DNA of 64,000 bases, from positions 7,293-71,292 of the forward strand of contig CALVPP010000001.1 in NCBI GenBank assembly GCA_944351395.1, given 5' to 3'. The notes below the pieces were generated by a model, which saw nothing but the letters and a program-made list of their open reading frames with translations, searched no databases and had not been told where the DNA came from. Numbering within the stretch: the stretch's first letter is position 1; the number at the start of each line of letters is the position of its first letter. Shown here one piece after another: positions 15,182 through 25,498 of this stretch. The translations under genes were made by a program, and so were the position numbers. Origin of the DNA: an uncultured Bacilli bacterium. GTDB taxonomy: Bacteria > Bacillota_I > Bacilli_A > RFN20 > CAG-826.

Positions 15182-16210
15182 ATGGACGTTAATGCTTTTG
15201 ATTATCCTTTAGATGAATCACTCATCGCCCAATATCCTTTAAAAGATAGAAGTGCATGTAGGCTCATGCTCGTAGATAGAAAAAATAAATCTATTGAGGA
15301 TAAACATTTTTATGACATCATCGATTATTTAAAACCAGGCGATGTTTTAGTGCGCAATAACACAAGAGTTATACCTGCTAGGTTATTTGGCACTAAATTA
15401 GATACAGGAGCCAAAATCGAAGCTCTATTGCTCCATCATATCAAAGGTGATGTTTATGAATGTCTTATTGGTAATGCCAAAGCAGTGAAAAAAGGAACAG
15501 AAATCATATTTAAAGAAGGTGTATTAACTGCGACTTGTGTCGAAGTTTTAGATGAAGGATTAAGGCACCTAGATTTCCACTATGAAGGTATATTTTTAGA
15601 AGTATTAGAACAGGTTGGAGAGACACCTTTACCACCTTATATTCATCAAAAAGAACAAGAAGAAAATGCTTATCAAACAGTGTACGCTAAAGTGAGCGGT
15701 AGTGCTGCTGCACCGACAGCAGGTTTTCATTTTGATGAACAACTTTTTGATGAAATAAAAGCGAAAGGAATAGAGGTTGTCGATATTACTCTTCACGTCG
15801 GATTAGGTACATTTAGACCTGTTAAGGTTAGTAAAGTCGAAGACCATAAGATGCATAGCGAGCAATACGAAATTAGTGAAATAGCCGCAAAAACCCTTAA
15901 TTTAGCTTTAAAAGAAGGAAGAAGAATTATCCCTATCGGTACGACGAGTATGCGTACATTAGAAGCAAATTTTAAAAAATATCATCGCTTCGTGGCGACG
16001 AAAGAGAGCACTGATATATTTATTACACCAGGCTATGCACCATTTGTCAGTAGCGCTCTTATCACGAATTTTCATCTTCCTAAATCGACTTTGCTCATGC
16101 TCGTCAGTGCTTTTTCTAGTTTAGATTTGATGAAGGAAGCTTACGCTCACGCTACTAAGGAAAGGTATCGCTTTTTCTCTTTTGGAGATGCGATGTTCAT
16201 CTATGACTAA
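15182..16210 (+). CDS. queA: S-adenosylmethionine:tRNA ribosyltransferase-isomerase
   Basis: 342 aa with the conserved QueA C-terminal region (LPPYI, AAPTAGFHF). Confidence 0.92.
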   Translation: MDVNAFDYPLDESLIAQYPLKDRSACRLMLVDRKNKSIEDKHFYDIIDYLKPGDVLVRNNTRVIPARLFGTKLDTGAKIEALLLHHIKGDVYECLIGNAKAVKKGTEIIFKEGVLTATCVEVLDEGLRHLDFHYEGIFLEVLEQVGETPLPPYIHQKEQEENAYQTVYAKVSGSAAAPTAGFHFDEQLFDEIKAKGIEVVDITLHVGLGTFRPVKVSKVEDHKMHSEQYEISEIAAKTLNLALKEGRRIIPIGTTSMRTLEANFKKYHRFVATKESTDIFITPGYAPFVSSALITNFHLPKSTLLMLVSAFSSLDLMKEAYAHATKERYRFFSFGDAMFIYD

Positions 16211-16886
16211 AAGAAAATTTGTCGATGATTATCACGAGATGCTATCAATTTTAGATAGTTTAAAGAGCGAGAAGAAAAAGACTTTATTGCTTCACGCTTG
16301 CTGTGGTCCTTGTGCTACTTACCCTTTAAAGTTACTCAGCCAATATTTTGATGTGACTATCGCTTATGATAATAGCAATATTTATCCTCTAACCGAATAT
16401 GAGCGTCGAAAGAAGACGATAGAAGAGATGTTAGCAAAATTTAATGATGAATTTAAGACCAACATTAAAATTATCTTTTTTGCTTATGATAATGAAAATT
16501 ATATGAAAGATCTCACGCCTTACGAAAATGAAAGAGAAGGCGGCACAAGATGCAAATTATGTTTTGAAAAAAGAATGGATGAAGTATTTGCTTACGCTAA
16601 TTCTCATCATTATGATTATTTTACGACCGTCATGAGTGTTTCTCGTTATAAACCGACAAAAATTTTAAATGAAATCGGTGAAAAGTTAAGTACAAAATAT
16701 CATTACACTAAATATCTTTTAAGTGATTTTAAAAGAGGTGGCGGTATCGCTATCGGTAAAGAAATGACGAAACGTTATGAACTTTATGAGCAAAATTATT
16801 GTGGGTGTGAATATTCTTTAAAAAATAGAAGCAGAAAAGCGATGGATTTTGAAGCCATAGAGGACAACATAGTAAAGATTTTTTAA
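16203..16886 (+). CDS. queH: Epoxyqueuosine reductase QueH (DUF208)
   Basis: Carries the HACCGPC motif. The ATGACTAA start overlaps the queA stop, though the ORF track starts earlier at 16182. Completes the que cluster. Confidence 0.7.
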   Translation: MTKRKFVDDYHEMLSILDSLKSEKKKTLLLHACCGPCATYPLKLLSQYFDVTIAYDNSNIYPLTEYERRKKTIEEMLAKFNDEFKTNIKIIFFAYDNENYMKDLTPYENEREGGTRCKLCFEKRMDEVFAYANSHHYDYFTTVMSVSRYKPTKILNEIGEKLSTKYHYTKYLLSDFKRGGGIAIGKEMTKRYELYEQNYCGCEYSLKNRSRKAMDFEAIEDNIVKIF

Positions 16887-16968
16887 TTATTTAGTTTTAA
16901 TTTGAATGTGTAATGTATAAATCATTTAAACTTTTTATTAGTTTATGACTTATTATTTTATTTTCTTT

Positions 16969-17129
16969 TTGACACACACACGTGTATGAGGTAATATTGC
17001 ACACGGCTGCAGCGTGGACTCGCGAGGTTGCTGATACACCCACAGGCGTTGTCATGAATGGGTATCAGGTAATTCGTAGATGAGCTAGCAGCGTAGAAGC
17101 CTGCAAATAAATATAGGAGGAAAAAATTC
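16969..17129 (+). promoter_or_regulatory. S10-operon promoter plus ~130-nt GC-rich structured leader
   Basis: TTGACA (16969-16974), a 17-nt spacer, then TAATAT (16992-16997). The spacer contains the palindrome ACACGTGT. The leader is much more GC-rich than its surroundings and has the hairpin CTGATACACCCA...TGGGTATCAG (17031-17068). RBS AGGAGG precedes rpsJ. Confidence 0.6.
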
Positions 17130-17444
17130 ATGGCTAAAAACTCAAAGAAAATCCGCGTTCGTCTCAAAGCGTATGAACACGATATCTTAGACTTAAGTGC
17201 TGCTAAGATTGTCGCTCTCGCCAAAAAGACGAAAGCTGGTGTCGTGGGACCTATCCCTCTACCGACGGAAAAACAAGTCTACACGATCTTACGTTCTGTG
17301 CACGTCAACAAAGATTCTCGTGAACAATTCGAAATTAGAACGCACAAACGTCTCATCGATATCACTAACCCGACCAAAGAAACAATCGAACAATTACGTC
17401 GTCTCGATTTACCTGCTGGAGTGGATATCGATATCAAACTATAA
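17130..17444 (+). CDS. rpsJ: 30S ribosomal protein S10
   Basis: 104 aa, standard S10 sequence and first gene of the S10 operon. Confidence 0.97.
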   Translation: MAKNSKKIRVRLKAYEHDILDLSAAKIVALAKKTKAGVVGPIPLPTEKQVYTILRSVHVNKDSREQFEIRTHKRLIDITNPTKETIEQLRRLDLPAGVDIDIKL

Positions 17445-17464
17445 GGAAAAGGAGGTAAAACAAA

Positions 17465-18178
17465 GTGAAAGCAATCATCGGACAAAAAGTTGGCATGACG
17501 CAAGTATATGCAGAAGATGGCACGATGTATCCTGTAACAGTCATCTATTGCGATCCTAACGTCGTCACACAAGTTAAGACCTCTGATACTGACGGTTATA
17601 ACGCTCTTCAAATCGGTTACGAAGATTTAAAAGAAGCAAAAGCGAACAAATGCGAAAAAGGTATCTTTAAGAAAGCCGGCATTACTCCCAAAAGACATCT
17701 TATCGAACTCAAAGGTGATGAACTCATGCATCACAAGGTTGGCGAAAGCCTCGATGTGACGATGTTCCAAGCAGGTGATGTCGTCGACGTCATCGGTACG
17801 AGTAAAGGTAAAGGTTATACCGGTACGATTAAAGCTTACCATCACGTTATTGGTCCAAAAGGTCATGGTTCTGGTTACCATCGTGGTTCTGGTTCCTTCG
17901 CTAACAACGGTCGTACGAATAACCGTGTCATTCCGGGTAAGAAAATGCCAGGACGTCGTGGCAACCATTCCGTCACTATTCAAAATCTCTTAGTGGTGGA
18001 AGTTGACAAAGAGAAAAATGTCATCTTAGTAAAAGGTGCTATCCCAGGACCTAAGAAATCATTAGTGACTGTAAGAAGTGCTATTAAAACACAAAGAACG
18101 AAGAAAGAAATTAAGCCTTTATTAGACCGTCGTCCAAAAGTTGAGACGGCTAATGAAGTGAGCGAAGAAAACGCCTAA
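17465..18178 (+). CDS. rplC: 50S ribosomal protein L3
   Basis: 237 aa with a GTG start and a ~25-aa C-terminal Lys-rich extension. Confidence 0.95.
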   Translation: MKAIIGQKVGMTQVYAEDGTMYPVTVIYCDPNVVTQVKTSDTDGYNALQIGYEDLKEAKANKCEKGIFKKAGITPKRHLIELKGDELMHHKVGESLDVTMFQAGDVVDVIGTSKGKGYTGTIKAYHHVIGPKGHGSGYHRGSGSFANNGRTNNRVIPGKKMPGRRGNHSVTIQNLLVVEVDKEKNVILVKGAIPGPKKSLVTVRSAIKTQRTKKEIKPLLDRRPKVETANEVSEENA

Positions 18179-18193
18179 AAGGAGGAATAGACT

Positions 18194-18841
18194 ATGGCAA
18201 CAGCAAAATCAATCAAAGTCGATGTCTATAACATGCAAGGCGAAGTCTTAGAGACGAAACTCACGTTAAAAGGCGAAGTGTTCAACATCGACGTACACGA
18301 ACAAGCCATTTATAACGCTATCCGCGTGCAAATGAGCAATAGTAGGCAAGCGACCGCCAAGACGAAAAAACGTGATGAAGTTTCTGGCGGTGGTAAAAAA
18401 CCATGGAGGCAGAAAGGAACAGGCCGTGCAAGAGCAGGTTCTACTCGTTCACCTCTCTTCACTGGTGGTGGTACTGTATTTGGTCCAACTGGTGAACAAA
18501 ATTATAAGATTAAACAAAACAAAAAAGAACATGATCTCGCTCTTAAGAGCGCACTAAGTTATGTCGCTCATGAAAAAGATCGTCTCAGAGTGTTAGATGA
18601 ACTTAAGATGAATGAAACTAAGACTAAAGAATTAGTTAAAGTTCTAAATAACATCAAAGCACAAGACAAAGTGACGGTTATCTATGATACAGAAGACGAA
18701 CATGTTCTACACAGCGCGCGTAACATTAGTAATTTAAAAATCATGAGCGCACGCGATATCAACGTATATGACCTACTAAATGCTAAGACGGTTGTCTTAA
18801 CTAAAGGTGCGGTCAAACTCATCGAGGAGGCATTAGCGTAA
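18194..18841 (+). CDS. rplD: 50S ribosomal protein L4
   Basis: 215 aa, typical L4. Confidence 0.95.
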   Translation: MATAKSIKVDVYNMQGEVLETKLTLKGEVFNIDVHEQAIYNAIRVQMSNSRQATAKTKKRDEVSGGGKKPWRQKGTGRARAGSTRSPLFTGGGTVFGPTGEQNYKIKQNKKEHDLALKSALSYVAHEKDRLRVLDELKMNETKTKELVKVLNNIKAQDKVTVIYDTEDEHVLHSARNISNLKIMSARDINVYDLLNAKTVVLTKGAVKLIEEALA

Positions 18842-19221
18842 TGGCAGAACAAGAACTCGCTACGAAGAAGACGAAAAAACGTAGCAAAAAAGAAGTAAAA
18901 GAAGTCGAAGCTAAACGTTTCCAAAGTCCAACTGAGAAACAATTCGACGTCATCATCGCGCCAGTGATCACTGAGAAGAGCATGGCCGATATGCAAAATC
19001 TAAACAAAGTGACAGTGAAGGTCTTACCAACTGCTAAACGTAGCGAAGTGAAAAAAGCCTTCGAGTCACTCTTCCAAGTGGAAGTAAAAAATGTGCACAT
19101 CGCGAATGTTAGAAGCAAAGAGAAGAGCCGTGGCAGTCGTTACAAAGGTAGCGTGCCTGGCTATAAAAAAGCGATCGTAACACTCGCTAAGAATGAAGCC
19201 TTAGACTTATTCAAAGAATAA
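18841..19221 (+). CDS. rplW: 50S ribosomal protein L23 (with ~30-aa Lys-rich N-terminal extension)
   Basis: 126 aa. The core begins at FDVIIAPVITEKS, and the TAATG start overlaps the rplD stop. Confidence 0.93.
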   Translation: MAEQELATKKTKKRSKKEVKEVEAKRFQSPTEKQFDVIIAPVITEKSMADMQNLNKVTVKVLPTAKRSEVKKAFESLFQVEVKNVHIANVRSKEKSRGSRYKGSVPGYKKAIVTLAKNEALDLFKE

Positions 19222-19252
19222 GGTTAAGAACTAAAATATAGGAGTTAAAAAA

Positions 19253-20080
19253 ATGGGAACTAGAAGTTATAAACCGACGTCTCCATCACGTCGTAACATG
19301 ATTAGTTTGACCAATGAAGAATTAAGCAAAGTCGCTCCTGAGAAAAGTTTACTAGTCGGTCTAAGAAAGACTGGTGGTCGTAATAATCAAGGGATCATCA
19401 CTACCCGTCATATCGGTGGTGGTCATAAGCGCAAATATCGTATCATTGACTTCAAACGTAACAAAGATGGAATTCCAGCTATCGTAAAGACGATCGAATA
19501 TGATCCAAACCGTAATGCGAATATCTGCTTAGTGAGTTACCTCGATGGTGAAAAGCGTTACATCTTAGCTCCAAAAGGCATCAAGATTAACGATAAAATC
19601 GTCAGCGGCGAAGTAGTGGATGTCAAAGTTGGTAACACGATGTTGCTCAAGAACATTCCAGAAGGTACATTAGTGCACAACGTCGAACTTAGTCCTGGCA
19701 AAGGTGGTCAGATGGCGAGAGCCGCTGGAGCCTCTGCTCAAATTCTAGGTAAAGAAAATAAGACAGTCACCTTGAGACTTCAATCTGGTGAAGTAAGAAA
19801 AGTATTAGATAACTGCCGCGCGACGATTGGCGAAGTCGGTAACGAAGACTACAACTTAGTTAACCTTGGCAAAGCTGGTAAGAGTCGCTGGCTCGGCATC
19901 AAACCAACAGTTAGAGGTTCGGTCATGAACCCAACTGATCACCCACATGGTGGTGGTGAAGGTAAATCGCCTGTCGGTCGTGATGCACCGAGAACCCCAT
20001 GGGGTAAGAGAGCCTTAGGCGTGAAGACACGCAATACTAAGAAAGCCTCAACCCGCATGATCGTGAGAAGAAGAAAATAA
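19253..20080 (+). CDS. rplB: 50S ribosomal protein L2
   Basis: 275 aa with the conserved HPHGGGEG motif. Confidence 0.97.
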   Translation: MGTRSYKPTSPSRRNMISLTNEELSKVAPEKSLLVGLRKTGGRNNQGIITTRHIGGGHKRKYRIIDFKRNKDGIPAIVKTIEYDPNRNANICLVSYLDGEKRYILAPKGIKINDKIVSGEVVDVKVGNTMLLKNIPEGTLVHNVELSPGKGGQMARAAGASAQILGKENKTVTLRLQSGEVRKVLDNCRATIGEVGNEDYNLVNLGKAGKSRWLGIKPTVRGSVMNPTDHPHGGGEGKSPVGRDAPRTPWGKRALGVKTRNTKKASTRMIVRRRK

Positions 20081-20092
20081 GGAGAGTAAAGT

Positions 20093-20395
20093 ATGGCACG
20101 TAGTTTAAAGAAAGGTCCATTCTGTGACGAATACTTAATCAAACGCGTGGAAGCGATTGAAAAGAGTGGCAAACGTGAAATCATCAAGACATGGTCTCGT
20201 CGTTCTACCATCTTACCAGAATTCGTCGAACATACCTTTGCCGTTTATAACGGCAGAGAACATATCTCCGTCTTCATCACGGAAGATATGGTCGGTCATA
20301 AGTTAGGCGAATTCGTTCCGACGAGAACTTATAAAGGCCACACTGGTCATACTGCGGAAGATAAAGCTGCTGCCGCAGCACAGACTAAGAAATAA
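20093..20395 (+). CDS. rpsS: 30S ribosomal protein S19
   Basis: 100 aa with an Ala/Lys-rich C-terminal tail. Confidence 0.96.
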   Translation: MARSLKKGPFCDEYLIKRVEAIEKSGKREIIKTWSRRSTILPEFVEHTFAVYNGREHISVFITEDMVGHKLGEFVPTRTYKGHTGHTAEDKAAAAAQTKK

Positions 20396-20408
20396 GAGGT
20401 GAACATCC

Positions 20409-20858
20409 ATGGCACGTAAAACGACAAAAAAAGAAGAAAAACTCGAAGTAAAAGATACTAAAGAGTTAAAACGTGGTAAAAAAGCGAAAGTAAAAGAAGA
20501 AGTTAAACCTGCTAAACCAGCGGTCACGGAAGCTCGCGCAATCGCATATAACGTGAGAGTCACCCCACGCAAAGCTCGCTTAGTCATCGACCTCGTAAGA
20601 GGAAAAGATGTCAAAGTAGCGTTAGGCATATTAAATAATGTCAACAAAGCAGCGACTGATCCTGTGAAGAAAGTCATCAAATCCGCAGCGGCGAATGCGA
20701 CGAACAACTTCATGATGGATGAAAATAAACTCTACATCAAAGAAATCTACGCAAATGATGGTATGAGAATGAAAAGATACATTCCACGCGCTAAAGGCTC
20801 TGCGAGCGGTTTAGTGAAGAGAATGAGTCACATCACTTGTGTAGTAAAAGAAAGATAA
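20409..20858 (+). CDS. rplV: 50S ribosomal protein L22 (with ~35-aa Lys/Glu-rich N-terminal extension)
   Basis: 149 aa. The core starts at EARAIAYNVRVTPRKARLV, and RBS GAGGTG precedes the ATG. Confidence 0.94.
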   Translation: MARKTTKKEEKLEVKDTKELKRGKKAKVKEEVKPAKPAVTEARAIAYNVRVTPRKARLVIDLVRGKDVKVALGILNNVNKAATDPVKKVIKSAAANATNNFMMDENKLYIKEIYANDGMRMKRYIPRAKGSASGLVKRMSHITCVVKER

Positions 20859-20880
20859 GAAAGGAAGGGCGAAAGAATAT

Positions 20881-21573
20881 ATGGGTCATAAAGTTAATCC
20901 AGTCGGTATGAGAATTGGCGTCAACCGTGGTTGGAATTCACGTTGGTTCGCCGAAGGCAAAGATTATGCTAAGTTCTTAAACGAAGATCGCCTCATCCGC
21001 GAATATCTTGAAAAGACGTTTGGGAAGATGAATGAGAATCCTCTCGTCTCCCACGTCGATATCGAAAGAGTAAAATCTAGCGATAAAGAAGGTCATGTCG
21101 TAAGCGTCTACATCCACTGTGTTAAACCCGGTGTCATCATCGGTCAGGAAGGTGCAACGATTAATAAAATTAAAGACGAACTTAAGAAAATTGTGAAAGC
21201 GACGAAATTAGACGTGAACGTCGTCCAAATTAAAAATCCTGATTTAGATGCACGTATCGTCGCGATGAGCATCGCTAAACAATTAGAGGAACGTGCTTCA
21301 TTTAGAACCGCGCAGAAGAAAGCTATCCAAAGAGTACGTAAAGCTGGTGCAAAAGGTTGTAGAACTCTCGTCAGCGGTCGTCTCGGCGGTGCTGATATCG
21401 CTCGTGGCGAAGGTTATAAAGAAGGTAGCGTTCCGCTACACACATTAAAATATGATATCGACTTCGCGATTGCTGAAGCAAAAACGACCTATGGTCGTCT
21501 CGGTGTCAAAGTGTGGATCTTCCGTGGTCTTGCTAAAAAAGAAAAATTAGGAGAAGAAGGAGGCGAACAATAA
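20881..21573 (+). CDS. rpsC: 30S ribosomal protein S3
   Basis: 230 aa with KH and S3-C domains. Confidence 0.96.
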   Translation: MGHKVNPVGMRIGVNRGWNSRWFAEGKDYAKFLNEDRLIREYLEKTFGKMNENPLVSHVDIERVKSSDKEGHVVSVYIHCVKPGVIIGQEGATINKIKDELKKIVKATKLDVNVVQIKNPDLDARIVAMSIAKQLEERASFRTAQKKAIQRVRKAGAKGCRTLVSGRLGGADIARGEGYKEGSVPLHTLKYDIDFAIAEAKTTYGRLGVKVWIFRGLAKKEKLGEEGGEQ

Positions 21574-21989
21574 TGTTACAACCAAAGAGAACAAAGTTCC
21601 GTCGTCCTCATTCGACGAAATACGAAGGTAAATCGAAAGCCGGTAATGAAGTAAGTTTCGGTGAATTCGGTTTACAAGCGGTGTCCGGTGATTGGATTAC
21701 CGCTCAGCAAATTGAAGCAGCTCGTATCGTCTTATCGCGTTATACGAAAAGAAGTGGAAAGGTATGGATTAGAATCTTCCCACAACTAGCGAAGACGAAG
21801 AAACCTGCTGAAGTCCGTATGGGTAGTGGTAAAGGTAGTCCAGAGAGTTGGGTTGCTGTCGTCAAACCAGGCCGTGTCATGTTCGAGATTGGCGGGGTCG
21901 GTGAAGAGATGGCAAGAGAAGCTCTAAGGCTCGCCGCTTATAAACTCCCGATCAAGACGAAAATTATCGAAAGGGTCAAAGGTGAGTAA
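21573..21989 (+). CDS. rplP: 50S ribosomal protein L16
   Basis: 138 aa. Confidence 0.96.
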   Translation: MLQPKRTKFRRPHSTKYEGKSKAGNEVSFGEFGLQAVSGDWITAQQIEAARIVLSRYTKRSGKVWIRIFPQLAKTKKPAEVRMGSGKGSPESWVAVVKPGRVMFEIGGVGEEMAREALRLAAYKLPIKTKIIERVKGE

Positions 21990-22207
21990 TGATGAAAGTT
22001 AGTGAAATTCGCAATCTCAGCCAGACTGAATTAAATGAGAAGGTTTATTCTCTTAAAGAAGAATTATGGAACCTTCGTCGTAAGAAAGCGGTTGGCCAAT
22101 TAGAGCACGGTGAAGATGTCAAACGTGTACGTAAAGATATCGCTCGTTGTCTCATGGTCAAACGTGAACGTGAATTAAATATGGGAGGTAATAACGATGG
22201 AAAGTAG
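21989..22207 (+). CDS. rpmC: 50S ribosomal protein L29
   Basis: 72 aa. Confidence 0.93.
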   Translation: MMKVSEIRNLSQTELNEKVYSLKEELWNLRRKKAVGQLEHGEDVKRVRKDIARCLMVKRERELNMGGNNDGK

Positions 22208-22526
22208 AAATCGTCGTGCCACATTCCAAGGCGTCGTCATCAGAGATAAGATGGATAAGACGATCGTCATCGCCATCGAGACGCATAAAAGGCACCCAAA
22301 ATATTCAAAACGTCGTCAATTTACGACAAAACTTGTCGCTCATGATGAAAATAATGTCGCTCACGTCGGTGACGTCGTCACGATTATGAAGACAAGACCT
22401 CTCTCCAAGACGAAAAGATTCCGCCTCATCTCCGTCGATAAGAAAGCACTTGAAAGTGTGAAAGAAGCGGAAAAAGAGTTGAGGGAAGAATTAGAAGAGG
22501 AGGTAATAGAAGATGGTACAAAATGA
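22197..22526 (+). CDS. rpsQ: 30S ribosomal protein S17 (acidic C-terminal extension)
   Basis: 109 aa with the tail [20 protein letters not shown]. Confidence 0.94.
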   Translation: MESRNRRATFQGVVIRDKMDKTIVIAIETHKRHPKYSKRRQFTTKLVAHDENNVAHVGDVVTIMKTRPLSKTKRFRLISVDKKALESVKEAEKELREELEEEVIEDGTK

Positions 22527-22890
22527 AACTAATCTCGTCGTCGCTGATAATAGCGGTGCTAGATCTGTGCGTGTCTTCCGTCTCTTCGGCGGTTCCTTCC
22601 GCAAAACTTCTAGTATTGGTGATATCGTCCTCTGCGCGGTAAAAGACGCTATCCCAAATGGTAAAGTAAAAAAATCTGACATCGTCAAAGGTGTCATCGT
22701 CCGTGTGAAAAAACCATACGTACGTAAAGATGGTACGACCATTCGTTTCGATGATAACGCAATCGTGTTATTAGATGATAACAAGATGCCAATCGGTACC
22801 CGTGTCTTCGGCCCTGTCGCTAGGGAATTACGTGACTACGGAATCGATGGCTACATGAAAATCGTTAGTTTAGCTAACGAGGTTCTATAA
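22513..22890 (+). CDS. rplN: 50S ribosomal protein L14
   Basis: 125 aa with the ADNSGAR motif. Confidence 0.96.
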   Translation: MVQNETNLVVADNSGARSVRVFRLFGGSFRKTSSIGDIVLCAVKDAIPNGKVKKSDIVKGVIVRVKKPYVRKDGTTIRFDDNAIVLLDDNKMPIGTRVFGPVARELRDYGIDGYMKIVSLANEVL

Positions 22891-22901
22891 GGAGGTTCAT
22901 C

Positions 22902-23213
22902 ATGCACATTAAGAAAGGTGATAAAGTCATCGTCATCGCTGGCGATGATAAAGGTAAAACTGGAACTGTCCAAGCGGTTTATCCAAAACTTCAACGCGTC
23001 GTCGTCGAAGGGGTGAACATCCATAAAAAACATAAGAAGCCGAGTCAGGCGACACCAGAAGGCTCCATCCAAGAAATTTATGCGCCAATCCACGTATCGA
23101 ACGTCGCTCTCATCGATCCAAAATCGAAAAAAGCTACACGTGTTGGTCACGAATTCGATAAAAAGAATAAAGTGAAGGTGCGCGTCGCGGTCAAGAGCCG
23201 TGAAAGGATATAA
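22902..23213 (+). CDS. rplX: 50S ribosomal protein L24
   Basis: 103 aa with a KOW motif. Confidence 0.95.
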   Translation: MHIKKGDKVIVIAGDDKGKTGTVQAVYPKLQRVVVEGVNIHKKHKKPSQATPEGSIQEIYAPIHVSNVALIDPKSKKATRVGHEFDKKNKVKVRVAVKSRERI

Positions 23214-23227
23214 GGAGGTAAACTTAT

Positions 23228-23953
23228 ATGCCAGAAGAGAAAAAAGTGACTACGAAGAAAGCGACCACTTCGAAAAAAGCAACTTCTACTAAAACGACTG
23301 AAGCGAAAAAAGCTCCTACTAAGAAAGCAAGCGCTCCAAAAGTTGAAGCAGAAGTGAAAGTAGAAAAGAAAGCCCCAGCTAAAAAGACTGGTGCTCATAA
23401 AGTCGCTAAAGAAACTTCGAGATTACAAGAAAAATATAATAAAGTAGCTGTACCTGCACTTATGGAAAAATTCCAATACAAATCCATCATGCAAGTACCA
23501 AAGCTCATCAAAATTGTCGTCAATATCGGTGTCGGTGATGCGACTGTCAATTCTAAATTCTTAGAAGAAGCGGTGAGTGAACTCACTGATATTACAGGTC
23601 AAAAACCAATTGTTACTAAAGCGAGAAAATCTATCGCAACATTCAAACTACGTGAAGGACAATCCATCGGTTGTAAGGTAACTCTTAGAGGTGTGAGGAT
23701 GTATTACTTCCTCGATAAACTCATCTCCATTGCCTTACCACGTGTGAGAGACTTCCGTGGCGTCAGTAAGACGAGTTTCGATGGACGTGGTAATTATACC
23801 TTAGGTATTAAAGAACAATCGATCTTCCCAGAAATTGAATATGTGAAGATTGCTCGTATTCGTGGTATGGATATCGTCATCGTCACGAGTGCGAAGAGCG
23901 ATGAAGAAGGGCGCGAGTTACTCACATTACTCGGTATGCCTTTCCAAAGATAG
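23228..23953 (+). CDS. rplE: 50S ribosomal protein L5 (with ~60-aa Lys/Ala/Thr-rich N-terminal extension)
   Basis: 241 aa against about 180 typical. The extension is histone-H1-like ([25 protein letters not shown]...) and is followed by the conserved L5 core. RBS GGAGGT. Confidence 0.94.
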   Translation: MPEEKKVTTKKATTSKKATSTKTTEAKKAPTKKASAPKVEAEVKVEKKAPAKKTGAHKVAKETSRLQEKYNKVAVPALMEKFQYKSIMQVPKLIKIVVNIGVGDATVNSKFLEEAVSELTDITGQKPIVTKARKSIATFKLREGQSIGCKVTLRGVRMYYFLDKLISIALPRVRDFRGVSKTSFDGRGNYTLGIKEQSIFPEIEYVKIARIRGMDIVIVTSAKSDEEGRELLTLLGMPFQR

Positions 23954-23965
23954 GAGGAGGAATAT

Positions 23966-24151
23966 ATGGCAAAAACTAGCATGAAAGTCAAGCACGCCCG
24001 TCCTCAAAAATTCAAAGTACGTGAATATACACGTTGCGTACGTTGTGGACGTCCTCACGCTGTCTATTCTAAATTCGGATTATGCCGTATCTGCCTACGC
24101 GAATTAGCGTATAAGGGTGAGATACCTGGCCTAAAGAAATCAAGTTGGTAA
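23966..24151 (+). CDS. rpsZ: 30S ribosomal protein S14 type Z (zinc-binding)
   Basis: 61 aa with CxxC...CxxC. Confidence 0.94.
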   Translation: MAKTSMKVKHARPQKFKVREYTRCVRCGRPHAVYSKFGLCRICLRELAYKGEIPGLKKSSW

Positions 24152-24167
24152 AAGGAGGGAAAATATC

Positions 24168-24560
24168 ATGATGACAGATCCAATCGCGGATATGCTTACC
24201 CGCATTAGAAACGCAAATCAATTAAAACATGAATCTCTCTCCATGCCATCGAGCAAGATGAAAGTCGAAATTGCTCGTATCTTGAAAGAAGAAGGATTCA
24301 TCACTGATTACGTCACGACTGGCGAGACGAAGAAACTTCTTCACATCACTCTCAAATATACAGATGGTGGTGTCCGTCTCATCTCCGGTTTAAAACGTAT
24401 CTCGAAACCTGGTTTACGTGTGAACGTGGGTGTCGAGAAACTTCCACGAGTTCTAAGTGGACTCGGTATCGCTATCATCTCGACTTCGAAAGGCGTCCTC
24501 ACTGATAAGGAAGCACGCTCTCTCGGCGTCGGTGGTGAAGTACTCTGCTACGTCTGGTAA
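24168..24560 (+). CDS. rpsH: 30S ribosomal protein S8
   Basis: 130 aa with [13 protein letters not shown]. Confidence 0.96.
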   Translation: MMTDPIADMLTRIRNANQLKHESLSMPSSKMKVEIARILKEEGFITDYVTTGETKKLLHITLKYTDGGVRLISGLKRISKPGLRVNVGVEKLPRVLSGLGIAIISTSKGVLTDKEARSLGVGGEVLCYVW

Positions 24561-24577
24561 GGAAAGGAGAAAAATAT

Positions 24578-25120
24578 ATGTCTCGTATTGGTAATAAAAT
24601 TATCGAAATTCCTGCCGGTGTTAGTGTGACTTTAGAAGGCGATAAAATCGTCGTCAAAGGACCGAAAGGTACATTAGATGTCAAAGCCTTAGCTCACATC
24701 GATACACACATTGAAGATGGTAAAATTACTTTTACTCGTCACGATGAAACGAGTGCTGCTAAGACGAACCATGGCACTCAAAGAGCGTTAGTGGCTAACG
24801 CAGTTCAAGGTGTCGCTCATGGTTTCAAAAAAGAACTTGAAATCGTCGGTATCGGTTATCGTGCGATGATGAGAGGCGATAATCTCGTCCTCAACGTCGG
24901 ATATTCTCACGAAGTCGTCATCGTCCCCGAACCAGGCGTCAAAATTAGTTGTCCTTCGCAAACAGAAGTTCACGTCGAAGGTATCGACAAACGTGCAGTC
25001 GGCGAAACCGCTGCTCGTATCAAACTCACGAGGAGACCTGAACCTTACAATGGTAAAGGTATCAAATTTAAAGGCGAGCATATCATCCGTAAGGAAGGTA
25101 AGCGCGCTGGTAAGAAATAA
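24578..25120 (+). CDS. rplF: 50S ribosomal protein L6
   Basis: 180 aa. Confidence 0.96.
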   Translation: MSRIGNKIIEIPAGVSVTLEGDKIVVKGPKGTLDVKALAHIDTHIEDGKITFTRHDETSAAKTNHGTQRALVANAVQGVAHGFKKELEIVGIGYRAMMRGDNLVLNVGYSHEVVIVPEPGVKISCPSQTEVHVEGIDKRAVGETAARIKLTRRPEPYNGKGIKFKGEHIIRKEGKRAGKK

Positions 25121-25132
25121 GGAGGATAGAAC

Positions 25133-25489
25133 ATGCTTAATCCAACTTCAAGAAATGAGATGCGTAAACGCAGACACGCTCGTGTTCGTAACAAAGTCAT
25201 CGGAACGAGTGAAATGCCCCGTCTATGCGTCTTTAGATCCAATAAGCACATCGAAGCTCAAGTCATCGATGATACCAAAGGTATTACCCTCGCTAGCGCT
25301 TCATCTACTTCCTTAAAATTAGATAATGGTAGCAATGTCGCTGCAGCAGAGACCGTCGGCGAAGCCTTAGCTAAAGCTTGTTTAGCCAAAGGCATTAAAA
25401 AAGTCGTCTTCGATCGTGGCGGATATCTCTACCACGGACGCGTTCAAGCTCTTGCTGAAGCGTGTCGTAAAGCAGGTTTAACCCTCTAG
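25133..25489 (+). CDS. rplR: 50S ribosomal protein L18
   Basis: 118 aa. Confidence 0.95.
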   Translation: MLNPTSRNEMRKRRHARVRNKVIGTSEMPRLCVFRSNKHIEAQVIDDTKGITLASASSTSLKLDNGSNVAAAETVGEALAKACLAKGIKKVVFDRGGYLYHGRVQALAEACRKAGLTL

Positions 25490-25498
25490 GAGGTCACT

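Noticed and set aside
20303-20713. 136-aa minus-strand ORF, and many similar antisense ORFs (e.g. 17627..17983, 18682..19118, 23147..23398, 24788..25081, 26131..26367, 30742..31398, 59466..59936)
   Set aside because: They lie entirely inside strongly supported ribosomal-protein or RNAP genes on the opposite strand. They have no RBS and their composition is biased. They are antisense artefacts.
23228-23410. Repetitive KKA/TTK nucleotide pattern resembling a tandem repeat or CRISPR-like periodicity
   Set aside because: It is the in-frame Lys/Ala/Thr-rich coding sequence of the L5 N-terminal extension. There are no spacer-repeat units.
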